NCBI GenBank assembly: GCA_964016885.1
Contig: CAXHJY010000941.1
Span: 124,001 to 188,000, forward strand
Direction of reading: 5' to 3'
DNA: 64,000 nt
From: Eledone cirrhosa
Lineage: Eukaryota
Part shown: positions 13,994-26,196 of the stretch, in pieces
Numbering within the stretch: the stretch's first letter is position 1
Layout: every line of letters starts with the position of its first letter
Notes under the pieces: generated by a model
Database searches by the model: none
Seen by the model: the letters and a program-made list of their open reading frames with translations, nothing else
What the model was told of the DNA's origin: nothing
Program-made: the position numbers and the translations under genes

Positions 13994-14565
13994 TTGAAGA
14001 GAGAGGTGGGTAGATAAGTAGGTAGGTAATTATATTGATAGCTAGCTAGATAAATAGATGGATTGATGAAAAACTTGATAGATTAATAGATAGTATGAAA
14101 GATAAACAGAATTTTAAAAAAAAGCAATAAAATTGAGTGAAATGATGGAACCACTGACGTTAAATGTTAAAATAATTTAAATCTGGCACCAGTTCATGTA
14201 GTATCAGGATATAAGAAAATGTGGTGCATAAGCAATAGCACTTGTAAATCTCCTAAGATCTGAGATGAATATTAAAATATAGAATCACACTTTAGGTGAA
14301 AAATCAAAATAATGGTGAATAGAAAGGTTAGTGAAAAGAGTCAAGTGTGAAAATACATATGTGAAAAGTAGGGTCAGAAATCATTATATTTGCAAAATTA
14401 AATTTCCATAATTGAATGATTGAATAGTATTTTGAAAAATCTTTATGTGCACATGTATGTTCATGTACACACATACACACTGACACACACATACATACAA
14501 ATATGTATGTGTGAGTCAGTGTGTGTATGTATATATATATCATCATCATCATCATTTTACGTCCG

Positions 14566-14727
14566 TTTTTCCTAGGACTAGAACTGTTTCATTTGAAGGA
14601 AATCATCAGGAAAGCCTGACAATTTCCTTCGAATGAAACAGAAGATATTTCTGTATTAAATATTTATACTCTTCTATGTATTGAGTACCTCACTTACTGT
14701 GGTTACCCCCGATTGAATCCAGGATAC
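14566..14727. mobile_element. Head-to-head pair of decayed hammerhead-bearing Penelope-like terminal repeats (same family as 21890-22035)
   Basis: Minus strand CTGATGA-TTTCCTTCAAAT-GAAACAGTTCTAGTCC; plus strand CTGACAA-TTTCCTTCGAAT-GAAACAG; 3' part resembles 21975-22030. Confidence 0.65.
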
Positions 14728-15160
14728 ACACGCACACACACACACACACATATATATGTGTGTGTGTGTGTATCCCGGGTTCAATTGGGGGTAACCACAT
14801 ATGATATATATGTATATATATATGATATATATATGCATATATATATGATATATATGATATATATATATGATATATATCATAAATCATGTCCTTAGAATTA
14901 TTAGATAAAATATATACCATTTTCTCTCCCAATTAGCATAATTAACCATATAAAAAAATCAATTAGACCAGGCTATAAGAATAAAGGCTCCTATGAAGAA
15001 ATATTTGATAAATAACTGAAAGCGGCCTCTTTCAGTGACCCCAATAGAGTACTTACCCAACATTTCAACAGCATGTAGAAACTGACTAAATATACCGTCA
15101 ACCATACACAATTAGGTGTAAATTTAAACTTAGAAGAAACGTGTACATACTGTAATTACA

Positions 15161-15238
15161 TCTCTACCATGGTTTCGTCCGTATTTTTAGATATCCTATT
15201 GTTAAGGATGAACCTAGAGTAACAGACTCTTCAGGAGA
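15161..15238 (-). ncRNA. Type I hammerhead ribozyme
   Basis: UCUC-CUGAAGA-GUCUGU...ACGGAC-GAAA-CCAUGG-UA-GAGA: stem I, intact core, G-C closed stem II, palindromic stem III, GUA site. Confidence 0.85.
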
Positions 15239-15962
15239 CAAACTCAGTTGGACAGTTAATTTTCCAAAGCTATCGCGTCAAAAATAGATTAAAAAATGGC
15301 TAAGAATCGTGACGTGGCAGTGGTCAAGTTAGAAAGAATGTGATTAGTTGCTTACGGCGGGTAGGCTTGTTGCTTTCATTGAGCCACAACGTGACCGGTT
15401 GCCACATATATATCTGTGACTTTATGTATATGTAAATCTTTATATTTATATGATATATATGTATATATATATACATATATATATCATATATCTATATCTA
15501 TATATACATATATGATATATATAATATATGATATATATGATATATGATATATATGATATATATGATATATATAATATATGATATATATGATATATATGTA
15601 TATGATATATATGTATATATATATATCCCACACTGTAAATGTGGGTGGTGTTAGGAAGGGCATCCAACAGTAGAAAACCAGCCATATATGAACAAGATAT
15701 GGTCACCCAACACAACTTGCCTCAAAATAGGACCCATCTAATCCATACTAGTGTGGAAGATGGACGTTAATCGATGATGATGATGATACATATTATATAT
15801 ATATGTATATATATGATATATATGTGTATATATATATGATTATATATGTATATATATATGATTATATATGTATATATATATGATTATATATGTATATATA
15901 TATGATTATACATGTATATATATATATATGATTATATATGATATATATATATATGTGTATAT

Positions 15963-17123
15963 ATATTTATTAAAATAACAGATTAAAGTTTAAGCAAAGA
16001 ATCGCTGCTTTCACCCTTAACGGGATCTTCTGAAACTAACAAAGTCAATCTGTAAACGCAGAACTGGATATTTCAAAAAACCTTGCAACCGGAGGAAGAC
16101 AGGAAGACGATAGTTTGGTTCGTGGTAACGTTCGCTGGCAAAGAACGGGAAAAAACGAATAATACGTCATTAATAGGAGCGGTGAAAAACAATTACGCGC
16201 AAAGACAGAACCACGTTTATGGTATAAAATAGGTCGTAGACTAATGTTCTCTTAGGTGGTGCATAGAGATGTTCTCTGGCAATGAACGAAAAAACGAAGA
16301 TAATAAGACAAATGTGGAGCGTGGAGAACAATAGCACGCAAAGACAAAATCACGTAAATGGTAAGCAGAAGTCGTAGACTAAAATTCTAACTAGAAGACC
16401 AAATGAATCTCCGCTACAGAGTTAAGAACAAAGTAAATAAATACAATACAGAAGTAATAGAAACAAATAAATACATTCACGCAAACAGATACGTACATAC
16501 ACGCAAACAGATACGTACATACACAAGCATACGCAAAACCTTACCATAGGTATACAAAACCACGCACATATAAATATGTGTGTGTGTGTGTATGCTTGTG
16601 TACAAATAAATAAATAATTATATAAACGTATATAAGTAAATAAATACGTATATAACAAGCGCACACGCATACCTACATATAAATACACGAATGTTCGGAG
16701 ACGTAAGTCAACTAAAACAAGAAGTACACATATACACACACACACCATACGTACGAACCTGCATACTCACGCAGACGCAAAACTCCCGTATACACATAGC
16801 CAAACCCTAAATACCAGAATATGTAAAAATTATACGCCATAACAGTCAAATATACGTACGAGAAGGTATACATACCTTCACAAAACATATCGTCTTCCTG
16901 TCTTCCTCCGGTTGCAACGTTTTTTGAAATATCCAGTTCTGCGTTTACAGATTGACTTTGTTAGTTTCTGAAGATCCCGTTAAGGGTGAAAGCAGCGATT
17001 CTTTGCTTAAACTTTAATCTGTTATTTTAATAAATATTTGCTCTACGGTTCTTATATATTTGATATATATTTTCCTTATCGAGCCCTCTTTGGATTTTAG
17101 TCTTCAATTTTATTATTATTACT
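15963..17123 (+). mobile_element. Non-coding Penelope-like element with 150-bp inverted repeats, inserted in (TA)n
   Basis: Arms 15963-16112 and 16888-17037 differ at 2 positions by eye; the right arm continues about 85 bp into (TA)n; each arm has a hammerhead motif. Confidence 0.75.
16963..17013 (+). ncRNA. Type I hammerhead ribozyme
   Basis: AGUUU-CUGAAGA-UCCCguuaaGGGU-GAAA-GCAgcgauucuuUGC-UU-AAACU; CUU site; U.U closes stem II. Confidence 0.75.
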
Positions 17124-17792
17124 ATATGTATATATATATATATGATATATATATATGATTATATATGTATATATATGATTATATATGTATATATATGATT
17201 ATATATGTATATATATGATTATATATGTATATATATGATTATACATGTATATATATATGATTATACATGTATATATATATGATTATACATGTATATATAT
17301 ATGATTATACATGTATATATATTTGATTATATATATATATATGATATATATATATATATATGATTATATATGGTTTATATATATGATTATATATGGTTTA
17401 TATATATGATTATATATGGTTTATATATATGATTATATATGGTTTATATATATGATTATATATAGTATATATATATGATTATATATGATATATATATATA
17501 TATGATTATATATGATATATATATATGTATATATATATATATGTATGTATATATATATATGTAGTGAAGGTGCATGGCTGAGTGGTAAGAGAATTGGATT
17601 CACAATCATGAGGCTGTAAGTTCGATTCCTGGACCGGGTGATGCGTTATGTCCTTGAACAAGACACTTTATTTCACGTTGCTCCTTCTAGCTGGAGTTAC
17701 TGCCGATAGATAGTATTAGCAATTGGAAAGACCAACGGGAACATTGATTCCTCAGTCCGATTTGACGAAAGTCGATCGACTATATATATATG

Positions 17793-17833
<41 letters not shown>

Positions 17834-18045
17834 ATATATATATATGTATGTATATATATATATATATGATATATATGTATATATGATATGTATGATATAT
17901 ATACATATGTATATATATACATATGTATATATATACATATATGATATATATATATATATATGTTTATATATGATATATATATATATATGTTTATATATGA
18001 TATATATATATGATATATATATATATGTATATATACATATATATA

Positions 18046-18113
<68 letters not shown>

Positions 18114-18117
18114 TATA

Positions 18118-18148
<31 letters not shown>

Positions 18149-18149
18149 G

Positions 18150-18184
<35 letters not shown>

Positions 18185-18185
18185 T
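17124..18185. repeat. (TA)n-derived micro/minisatellite with a truncated SINE-B head at 17563-17685
   Basis: Units such as ATATATGATTATATATGT; tRNA/CORE-like head embedded. Confidence 0.9.
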
Positions 18186-18309
18186 AGGGTGGTGCCCCAG
18201 CATGGTCTCAGCCGGATGGCTGGAACAGGTAAAAGAGTAAAATAGTATATATATATTGTTATATTTGGGGAGGGTCATATTGTTATAATATTGCCAGAAA
18301 TAATAATAA

Positions 18310-18610
18310 AACACACTCACTATCAAAACACACCCCCGTCCCACCACCCTCCACCCCACCCACACCGCCCCTTTCAATGTAAAGTTATGTTGGTCCCACA
18401 ACATCCAGGCCGAAACAAATGAGATCGTGTAGGTGTCACAACAAAAAACACACAGTCCACGCTGTAAAGTGGTACTATTATCTTTCCTCCCATTGTATTG
18501 TAATGCCTACATCATTTTTATTTTATTTATTTATTTATTCTTGCCTCAAAATAGGACCCATCTAACCCATGCTAGCGTGGAAGAAAGACGTTAATCGATG
18601 ATGATGATGA

Positions 18611-18612
<2 letters not shown>
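18310..18612 (+). mobile_element. Rearranged 3' UTR and tail fragment of RTE family A
   Basis: 18325-18465 matches about 28275-28405; ends CCCATGCTAGCGTGGAAGAAAGACGTTAATC(GAT)n. Confidence 0.75.
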
Positions 18613-18655
<43 letters not shown>

Positions 18656-18780
18656 GGAGGTGAGTTTATTATTGTAGTACAATAAAGCAATGCAGATATC
18701 GGATAAGAAGCACTCTACAGTTTGTAGAACTGGAGTATGCATAATATAAGATCAAAAGATGGTTAAAGGAGTTCCATGTA

Positions 18781-18847
18781 TTTTATTATGCGCATTTCAA
18801 AAACAAACATCATCATGCAATAATATTTGTGTTTTCATCAGATAAAA
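18781..18847 (-). ncRNA. Type I hammerhead ribozyme (left arm of palindrome)
   Basis: Reverse complement of 18970-19036. Confidence 0.8.
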
Positions 18848-18969
18848 CAGGAGAACATGATATGAAGGCTAAAAAACACTTGTGGATAGTGCAGTTTTAA
18901 ATCAACATATGTTGATTTAAAACTGCACTATCCACAAGTGTTTTTTAGCCTTCATATCATGTTCTCCTG

Positions 18970-19036
18970 TTTTATCTGATGAAAACACAAATATTATTGC
19001 ATGATGATGTTTGTTTTTGAAATGCGCATAATAAAA
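18970..19036 (+). ncRNA. Type I hammerhead ribozyme (right arm of palindrome)
   Basis: UUUUAU-CUGAUGA-[long imperfect stem II]-GAAA-UGCGCA-UA-AUAAAA; palindromic stem III; AUA site. Confidence 0.8.
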
Positions 19037-19068
19037 TACATGGAACTCCTTTAACCATCTTTTGATCT

Positions 19069-19108
<40 letters not shown>

Positions 19109-21419
19109 TTAATATATTCCCTCTGCTATATTGGTATCACCTTCAGTAATCAACAAAATTATGGTACAACCTATATATAAAAGCATCCAGTGCACTCTGT
19201 AAATGTGGTTGGCATTAGGAAGGGCATCCAGCCACAGAAACCAAGCCCAAATCAGTTCTGTATGAGCAAGACATAGTCATCTGACCTGGCGTGTCTGACA
19301 ACGGGACAACTCATCTAACCCATACTAGTAGGGAAAATGGATGTTAAAACAACAACAATGATGATGATATGGACATCATCATCATTGTTTTAACATCCGC
19401 TTTCCCTGTTAGCAAGGATTGAATACGTATATGTATATAATATATATGTATATATTATGTATATGTATATAATATATATGTATATATTATGTATATGCAT
19501 GTATTATTGTTTTATATTTTGTATCTCGGCTCTGTAATACATTTGATAATTTACATTGAGCCTTTTCTCTTACCGGTAATTGGCTAGTACTTAGTACTAC
19601 CCACCATGTTTATAATTATATATAAACCATATATAAGTATAAATATTATTATTACTATATATGTAGGTATATATTTATGTATATATCATCATCATTTAAT
19701 GTACAATTTTCCACAATAGCATGGGTTGGATAAGTTGTCCTATAGTGAGACAAGTTAGATCAGATGACCATGTCTTGAACGTACAGAACTGTTCTGGCTT
19801 AGGTTTTATGGCTGGATTCCCTTCCTAACAGCAACCACATTTACAGTGTGGACTGGGTGCTTTTTATCATGACACCAAAACAACCACAAAGTAGGATTGC
19901 ATCAATATAGTGTTAGGTTCTGTGTTGTTATTCACTGAGACTTTTTGAAGTTTCAGCAAAAATACTTGCAAACAGATAGCAACACCAATAACCACACTAG
20001 AACACTCCACTGCCATAATAAGCAGTACTGATTATTTCTGAAGATGCATTAATTATTTAAACAAATGCAGATTGAAGAGAAATATTTAAAAGCCATAGTT
20101 TTTGGTTTGATCAGAAAAATAGCTGGAAAGAAACCAAACTGGAAACAGCTAGATAAGCAAATTGATATTAAATTAGAAAATATCAGAATTGGTATATTAG
20201 TTATTACTAAATGACTGTAGAACTGATAGCAGCTGAGAACATAATTTTATTAACAGAATGAAGAGAGACAGTTTTATAATTACATAACTGCCAAGAAAAG
20301 AATTCCTTTTCGGAGATCTTCATATTGGTTCATGTGCCTGTATGTGCATGACTATATGCATGCTTGTGTGTTTGTGTGTTAATATGCATTGAATAGACAT
20401 TCAAATTTATACATCTGCATGAATAACTGGAGCTTATATTGTTGTATCAGGAGCAACTCCTTAATGCTAAATAGTCTGCTAACATACATATTCTCCAACA
20501 ATTATTTTCACAACATATAATATAGATAGAAACATTGTTGAGTGACTAAAATGTTTGTTTCAAAGGATTTTGGATGTGATTCCACTGTAACACCTTAGAC
20601 AAGTGTCTTCTAATATAGCTTTGGATTGGCTAATGCCTTGTGAGAGACATTTGGTTAATGATGATCATCATCATTTTCCCTCTGTTTTCCATGCTAGCCT
20701 GGTTTGGACAGGTACCATGTTTAGCATGGCTTCTATGTCTGGATGTTCTTCTTAATGCCAATTACTTTACAGAAATTGATACATGAAATTAATAAAACTT
20801 TGTGTTATCGTATCTCTGTGATTGTCTTTTTTATCTTGAACTATATACACATATACAGACACACACACACACATATATATTTTTTATATAACAAAGGACC
20901 ATGAGAACTGGTGACATGCAGTACTACAGAAGTGTGACCTGATCTGACCACATACCTCCTCACCTCAACTAGGATTCATTAGTAATTATCTTCACCATCA
21001 CTGTAAAACCCCAATCCTTCCATGTTCCTTAGTAGTTATTCTCACATCACTACATCCACTTCCAAAATACTATCACAAAAGTTGTAACACCTTTGTAGTT
21101 GTTATCAATTTAGTATATACCCACATGCTATCGGAGGTTACCCTCCTCCTACTCATCACCTTGTCAAATGCTGACACACTTCTCATACACCCATCACATC
21201 ATACTTATCATCCTTCTCACACCCCCATATGGTGCCTTAAAAATGCACCCAATACTCTGTGTAAAGGGGTTGGCATTAAGAAGGGCATCCTGCTGTAGAA
21301 ACCATGCTAAAAAAGTGTCAGAAGGACCCTTCAGTAGTTTCAATGACATGACAACCTCCCTAGTGTTGGTGATCTTTATGATAAATACACCCAGTACATT
21401 CTGTACAGTGGTTGATGAT

Positions 21420-21548
21420 ACCAATGCAATCTTCTCTCCTGCACACTGCATCTGATCCCTCTCATGCCTAATTTCTCATACATTTATGCTTTGCCATTTG
21501 TATATATTACTATTGCACATCCATCAAAGCATGGAGGCTTCATTTCTT
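21420..21548 (-). mobile_element. Old RTE LINE 3' fragment
   Basis: RNEASML*WMCNSNI... homologous to the C-terminus of RTE family A. Confidence 0.7.
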
Positions 21549-21616
21549 ATATATATATATATATATGTGTGTGTATATATATATATATATATACACACAC
21601 ATATATATATATATAT

Positions 21617-21778
<162 letters not shown>

Positions 21779-21820
21779 GTGTGTGTATATATATAGCATC
21801 ATCATCATCATATATATATA

Positions 21821-21888
<68 letters not shown>

Positions 21889-21921
21889 CACGATTATATG
21901 CGATTTCATGTGATTATATGC

Positions 21922-21970
21922 GATTCCTGATGATTTCTCACGAATGAAACAGTTCTAGTCCTGTAGAATC
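21922..21970 (+). ncRNA. Minimal type I hammerhead ribozyme in a ~145-bp insert (21890-22035) within (TA)n
   Basis: GAUUC-CUGAUGA-UUUCucacGAAU-GAAA-CAGuucuagucCUG-UA-GAAUC; GUA site. Confidence 0.75.
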
Positions 21971-22050
21971 TCTTCTATATTAAAACTTTTATACTCTGGT
22001 ATTTACCTCCGATTCAATCCGGAATAACTTACCTATATATGTATATATAT

Positions 22051-24902
22051 ATCATCATCATCATCGTTTAACGTCCATATTCCACGCTTGCATGGGTTTG
22101 GACGGGAGTTTTCCCACTTGAAGCAAGAGTGGTTGTCTTGCTCGCTTAGGACTGTCTGGCGGGTTTCTACAGCTGGATGCCCTTCCTAACACCAACCACG
22201 TTTACAGTGTGGACTGGGAGGTTTTTACCGTGTTACCTACACGCCCACATTACAGCGTGGACTGTGTTTTTTTGTCGTAACACCTACACGACCTCATTTG
22301 TTTCGGACTGGATGTTGTGGTACCAACATAACTTTACATTGAAAGTGGTGGTGTGGATGGGGGGGGGGGGTGTATTTTTGTTAGAGGTGCCTACTGACTG
22401 TAGTAGGTTTCACTTTGTACTCTGGTAAGGCGGGTCTTCTGTATTACTGTGTAGCGCCAAAGATCTCAGTCCAGTGACATTGTCTTGGAGAGGTGTAAGT
22501 GTGTGAGGTCGGAATTTATCAAGTCGTCCCAGGTTTTTCTGGGTCTGCCTACTCCGTGGCTACCGTCTATTTTTATTGCCCTGCACTTTTTTATACAGCT
22601 GTCGTCTTTCATGCACATCACGTGACCGTACCAACGTAGTCTTCTCTCGAGTAAACAACATTTGATCTCTCGTATTTCTAATTTTTCCCTTAGTTCATTT
22701 ATGCTTTGCCGTTCATGTATATTACTATTACACATCCAGCGGAGCATGCAAACTTCCTACCTCTCCAGTCTGCGTATATCCTCTGCACACAATGCCCAGG
22801 TCTCACTGCCATGCAACATTACTGTTCGTATGCAGGCATCATACAGCCTGCCTTTCATTTTTAGAGAGAACCCTTTAGCAGCTAATAGTGGTATAAGCTC
22901 TCTGAACTTTTTCCATCCAGTTCTGACTCTAGCTACTGTACTTTCAGAGCACCCTCCACCACTGCTGATTTTGTCACCCAAGTAACGGAAGGTGTCCACT
23001 ATTTCTATAGAACCATCTGTGCAATGGAATGAGCTAGTATTCTGTGGGCACTTGCTGCTACTTATTGCACCAGAGCACTGGCCACATGTAAAATCTATGT
23101 TCTTAGTTAGCTTACCTGTGATCCCACTACATCGTTTATGCACCCATACTTTGCATTTGGGACATAAAATGGAGTTTCTACCTACTCCTTTCCTACACAC
23201 TGAGCATGGCCATTTCTCAGATGGGACCGGTGCCCTATTTTCCTTCCTACAAACTAGAACTTTAGTCTTAGACAGGTTAATTTTAAGGCCTTTTGATTCT
23301 AGGCCATGCTTCCATGTTTGGAATTTCTTCTCTAGTTCAATCATTGATTCAGCTATGAGCGTTAGATCATCTGCATATAAGAGTTCCCATGGGCAGCCGG
23401 TCTTGAACTCCTCTGTTATAGCCTGAAGGGCAATGATAAATAGTAGGGGGCGAAGAACGGAGCCCTGATGAACACCAACTTTTACACTAAACTCTTCACT
23501 ATATTCGTTGTTAATTCCAACCTTGCTGGCTGTTTCTTTATACATGGCTTGTATAGCTCTCACAAGCCATTCATCAACACCTAGTTTTCTAAGAGCCCAC
23601 CAGATAATGGAACGGGGGACTCTGTCAAAGGCTTTCGCCAAGTCGACAAAAGCTAAGTATAGGGGTTTACTTTTAGCTAGGTACTTCTCCTGTAGTTGTC
23701 GTACAATGAAAAGAGCGACTGTGGTACTGTTACCTGACACAAACCCAAACTGCATTTCATCTAGATCAATTCGCTCTCTGATTAGTTGTGCTATTACTTT
23801 TTCTGTGATCTTCATGACCTGGTCGATTAATTTAATGCCTCTATAGTTACCCCTATCTAGGGCATCTCCTTTACCCTTGTAGCAGTTAATGATGATGCTG
23901 CTATGCCAGTCCTTCAGAACAACCCCATTCTATATGACTTGGTTTACTATCCGGGTGACCATAGTGTGTCCCATCGTTCCAGAAGCTTTCAGCATTTCAG
24001 CAACTATTTCTGAAGGCCCAGCCGCCTTACCCGTCTTCATATCTTTGATTGCCTTACTTATTATACTACCTTCGACTGACACTGCTGGTCCCTCTATTAG
24101 ATTGATGTGGGGGAGACTGTCTTTCTCCCATTTGTTCTCCTCATTTAGTAGCCTTTCGTAGTGACACTTCCAAGCTACCTTTTTATCAGCATCAGTGATA
24201 GCAAGTACACCATCATCATTAAGGACACACTTCTCCCAGACAATATCATGGTTTTCCTTGACACATTGCCTTGCAATCCTGAACACCTCACGTTTTTGGT
24301 CCTCGCGTTGTAGGACATGCTTGAACTTTCTTTCCTCTGCTTCCCTTCTTGCGAAGTGCACTTGTCTCCTAGCTTCCCTCCTGGCCACTTGATAGGCTTC
24401 TCTACTTCCTCCATCCCGCCATACTTTCCAAGCCTGCTTTTTGGCCTTAATTGACTCCTCCACCTTACTGTTCCACCACCACGTTACTCTCCTCCTGCCT
24501 ATAGGCCTGCTCCAGCCACAGACTTCATCTGACGCCATCAGCAGGTTTGCTTTCAGGAATTCCCATTGTTCCTCTATATTGTACGACTCTAATTGCTCTT
24601 CCTTACTGTCGAAAGCATCAAGTAATATGCTTTTAAATTTATTACTGGTTGTGGGGTCCTTTAGCTTCCATATTTTTCTCCTGAGGATAGTCCTTTTCTG
24701 TTGTTGAGTACGTCTCGTCCTGACTATGAGGTTGCTAATTATGAGTCTATGTTGAGAGGTGCATTCTACATGGGGGAGGGATTTAGTGTTTACAACAGAC
24801 ACTCTGTCACGTCTTCTGGTAAGGATATAATCTACCTGGCTGGTGTGTTCCCCTGATCTGTAGGTGATCAAGTGATTGTCTCGTTTTTTGAAGTTAGTGT
24901 TA
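22051..24902 (-). mobile_element. RTE-clade LINE family A, copy 1 (5'-truncated; end of APE endonuclease, RT, PHD-like finger)
   Basis: SQVDYIL, SQHRL (APE end); FVDLAKAFD, GVHQGS, LYADD (RT); (GAT)n tail; stops and frameshifts. Confidence 0.95.
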
Positions 24903-24932
24903 TATATATATATATATATCTATATATATATA

Positions 24933-24959
<27 letters not shown>

Positions 24960-24963
<4 letters not shown>

Positions 24964-25616
24964 CATCATCATCATCACCGTTTTACGTCCGTTCTTCCAC
25001 GCTAGCATGGGTTAGACTGGTTGTCCTGTTGTGGGCAGTGTCTGGTCGGCTGACCATGCCTTGCTCATACAGGAACTGATTTGGCTTGATTTCTACGGCT
25101 GGATGCCCTTCCTAACACCAACCTCATTTACAGTGAGTGCTGGGTGCTTTTTCGTGGCACCTACACGTCCACTTTACAGTGTGGGCTGGGTGCTTTTTTG
25201 CCGTGGCACCTCCACGACCACCTTGCGGTGGGGTGTGTGGGGGCATATTGTCTATATGCTTCAGCTTGTACCCATGGGAGGTCGGGTACTCTGTATTACT
25301 GCGTGACGCCAGCGGTCACGGTCATGTGTCATTGCCTTTGAGAGGTGTAATTGGGTAAAGTCGGCTTTTATCACCTCATCCCAGGTCATCTTGGGTCTCC
25401 CCACTCTGCGGTTTCCATAGACTTCTAGTGCTTTGCACCTTTTTATGCAGCTGTCATCCTTCATACACATCACATGTCCATACCAGCGCAACCGCCTCTC
25501 CTGCACACAGCATTTGATTCCTCTTATGCTCAGTCTCTCTCTCAATTCATTTATGCTTTGTCGTTCACGTATATTACTGTTACACATCCATCGGAGCATG
25601 CAGGCTTCGTTTCTCT
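24960..25616 (-). mobile_element. RTE LINE family C 3' fragment with SINE-like 3' extension
   Basis: MLRWMC...ERRLRWYGHV...GRPKMTW followed by repeated SINE-B-body-like units and a (GAT)n tail. Confidence 0.85.
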
Positions 25617-25632
25617 ATATATATTTATTTAT

Positions 25633-26196
25633 ATCAGGTCACCAGTTGGTACTACTGGTAACATGTATCCCAGTACAACCTGTCTCGTGGTCGGGTCGTT
25701 GGCGACTAAACTGGCAACCCCACCAAGGTTTCTTGGTGAGGAGAGTGACTTTGGACATCCTGCAGGACTAAAAACAAAACCTGTCAAAGGGCAAAGGAGC
25801 TCTTAAGAGTCAATGACCATCCAAAATCTAGGAGAAGGAAAACTCTGATATAACACCTGCAACCCTGCTGGTATCCAATAATGTTGACTTGTTCTTCGTT
25901 TTGGTAAATATCATCTTGGTTAAGAGAGTGGGACTGGCTTTGTGCAGTGCCTTTGCTCACTATAAAAGCTCCACGGCACAGGCATTGCTTTATATCTGGA
26001 GATCTCTCTGCACTTGTCATCACATGGTACCATGGGCCCAGCACTATGGGTCAATAATTGTCACAGGTGTAGAGTTTGTACCAGAGTTTTCAAGTCGCTG
26101 GCTGGACTAAAAAGTCACACTCGTTCAGCGCATCAGTAGGGGTTCTCCTACATGGATATAAAGTAGTGGCCGTACTCGAAAACGAGTTGGCAGCCA

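Larger units (their letters stand above)
18741..19076. repeat. Perfect 336-bp palindrome with no spacer, centred at 18908/18909
   Basis: 168-bp arms are reverse complements around CAACATATGTTG. Confidence 0.95.

Noticed and set aside
17697-18404. YIYI, CVCV and HTHT ORFs here and near 15.4, 21.5, 28.7 and 52 kb
   Set aside because: Translations of dinucleotide and tetranucleotide microsatellites
20071-20191. Open 121-nt segment phase-compatible with the candidate exons
   Set aside because: No polypyrimidine tract and a weak GTATAT donor
22662-24707. ORFs antisense to RTE copies (also 26.5-28.2, 59.4-61 and 62.4-63.8 kb)
   Set aside because: Shadow frames of LINE coding sequence
25637-25714. 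HDV-like ribozyme at the 5' end of the bipartite RTE
   Set aside because: P1, P2, P4 and a CUAA joiner can be drawn but P3/L3 cannot; needs a descriptor search on the family consensus
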